Of a stretch of DNA of 64,000 nucleotides, positions 58,663 through 64,000 are shown piece by piece. A model generated the notes under the pieces. It saw only the letters and a program-made list of their open reading frames with translations, had not been told where the DNA came from and searched no databases. Within the stretch, counting starts at the first letter, position 1, and each line of letters opens with the position of its first letter. A program made the position numbers and the translations under genes. Source of the stretch: the human T2T-CHM13v2.0 reference genome, Homo sapiens; assembly GCF_009914755.1 (NCBI RefSeq), contig NC_060936.1. One strand, 5' to 3'.

Positions 58663-58866
58663 TTATTATTATAAGTTTTAGGGTACATGTGCACAATGTG
58701 CAGGTTAGTTACATATGTATACCTGTGCCATGCTGGTGTGCTGCACCCACTAACTCCTCATCTAGCATTAGGTATATCTCCCAATGCTACCCTCCCCCCT
58801 CCCCCCACCCCACAACAGTCCCCAGAGTGTGATGTTCCCCTTCCTGTGTCCATGTGTTCTCATTGT

Positions 58867-62693
<3,827 letters not shown>

Positions 62694-62756
62694 TATGATG
62701 TTAGCTGGTTATTTTGCTCGTTAGTTGATGCAGTTTCTTCCTAGTCTCTATGGTCT

Positions 62757-63773
62757 TTACAGTTTGGCATGATTTTACAGCGGCTGGTACCAGTTGTTCC
62801 TTTCCATGTTTTAGCACTTCCTTCAGGAGCTCTTTTAGGGCAGGCCTGGTGGTGACAAAATCTCTCAGCATTTGCTTGTCTGTAAAGTATTTTATTTCTC
62901 CTTCACTTATGAAGCTTAGTTTGGCTGGATATGGAATTCTGGGTTGAAAATTCTTTTCTTTGAGAATGTTGAATATTGCCCCCCACTCTCATCTGGCTTG
63001 TAGAGTTTCTGCCGAAAGATCCACTGTTAGTCTGATGGGCTTCCCTTTGAGTGTAACCCGACCTTTCTCTCTGGCTGCCCTTAACATTTTTCCTTCATTT
63101 CAACTTTGGTGAATCTGACAATTATGTGTCTTGGAGTTGCTCTTCTTGAGGAGTATCTTTGTGGCGTTCTCTGTATTTCCTGAATCTGAATGTTGGCCTG
63201 CCTTTCTAGATTGGGGAAGTTCTCCTGGATAATATCCTGCAGAGTGTTTTCCAACTTGGTTCCATTCTCCCCGTCACTTTCAGGTACATCAATCAGACGT
63301 AGATTTGGTCTTTTCACATAGTCCCATATTTCTTGGAGGCTTTGCTCATTTCTTTTTATTCTTTTTTCTCTAAACTTCCCTTCTTGCTTCATTTCATTCA
63401 TTTCATCTTCCATTGCTGATACCCTTTCTTCCAGTTGATCGCACCGGCTCCTGAGGCTTCTGCATTCTTCACGTAGTTCTCGAGCCTTGGTTTTCAGCTC
63501 CATCAGCTCCTTTAAGCACTTCTCTGTATTGGTTATTCTAGTTATATATTCTTCTAAATTTTTTTCAAAGCTTTCAACTTCTTTGCCTTTGGTTTGAATG
63601 TCCTCCCGTAGCTTGGAGTAATTTGATCATCTGAAGCCTTCTTCTCTCAGTTCGTCAAAGTCATCCTCCGTCCAGCTTTGTTCCGTTGCTGGTGAGGAAC
63701 TGCGTTCCTTTGGAGGAGGAGAGGTGCTCTGCTTTTTAGAGTTTCCAGTTTTTCTGCTCTGTTTTTTCCCCAT
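62757..63773 (-). pseudogene. L1 ORF1, disrupted
   Basis: ATGGGGAAAAAAC start at 63773, TAA at 62757-62759; an early stop and a frameshift leave a 140-aa piece (63081-63503). Confidence 0.92.
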
Positions 63774-64000
63774 CTTTGTGGTTTTATCTACTTTTGGTCT
63801 TTGATGATGGTGATGTACAGATGGGTTTTTGGTGTGGATGTCCTTTCTGTTTGTTAGTTTTCCTTCTAACAGACAGGACCCTCAACTGCAGGTCTGTTGG
63901 AGTACTGGGCCCTGTGAGGTGTCAGTCTGCCCCTGCTGGGGGGTGCCTCCCAGTTAGGCTGCTCAGGGGTCAGGGGTCAGGGACCCACTTGAGGAGGCAG

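Overview
Primate (very likely human) genomic DNA covering the 3' end of CNTN1 (contactin-1, a GPI-anchored neural Ig/FNIII adhesion molecule) on the + strand. Four coding exons are present: 2386-2572, 5093-5205, 6299-6455 and a terminal exon from 47131 (stop 47205-47207). They splice in frame to ...IRYWAAHDKEE...FTKKAPPSQPPR...TGYKVLYRPDG...VKISGAPTLSPSLLGLLLPAFGILVYLEF*, followed by a ~2.4 kb 3'UTR with several AATAAA signals. The last intron is 40.7 kb and separates the whole ectodomain from the GPI signal peptide. The rest is repeat-rich intronic/intergenic DNA: ten Alus, two twin-primed (5'-inverted) L1s, short L1 3' ends, a near full-length inactive L1 inserted in the 3' LTR of a THE1 element, L2/MIR fossils, MaLR LTRs, DNA transposons and micro/minisatellites. 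I see no unknown protein-coding system. The best leads are: (i) an intron architecture that could switch CNTN1 from GPI-anchored to secreted through L1-donated intronic poly(A) sites; (ii) two L1s sharing unusual variants that bracket the GPI exon in both direct and inverted orientation; (iii) a miniature twin-primed L1. Repeat subfamily names come from recalled consensus sequences, and boundaries of old repeats are approximate.
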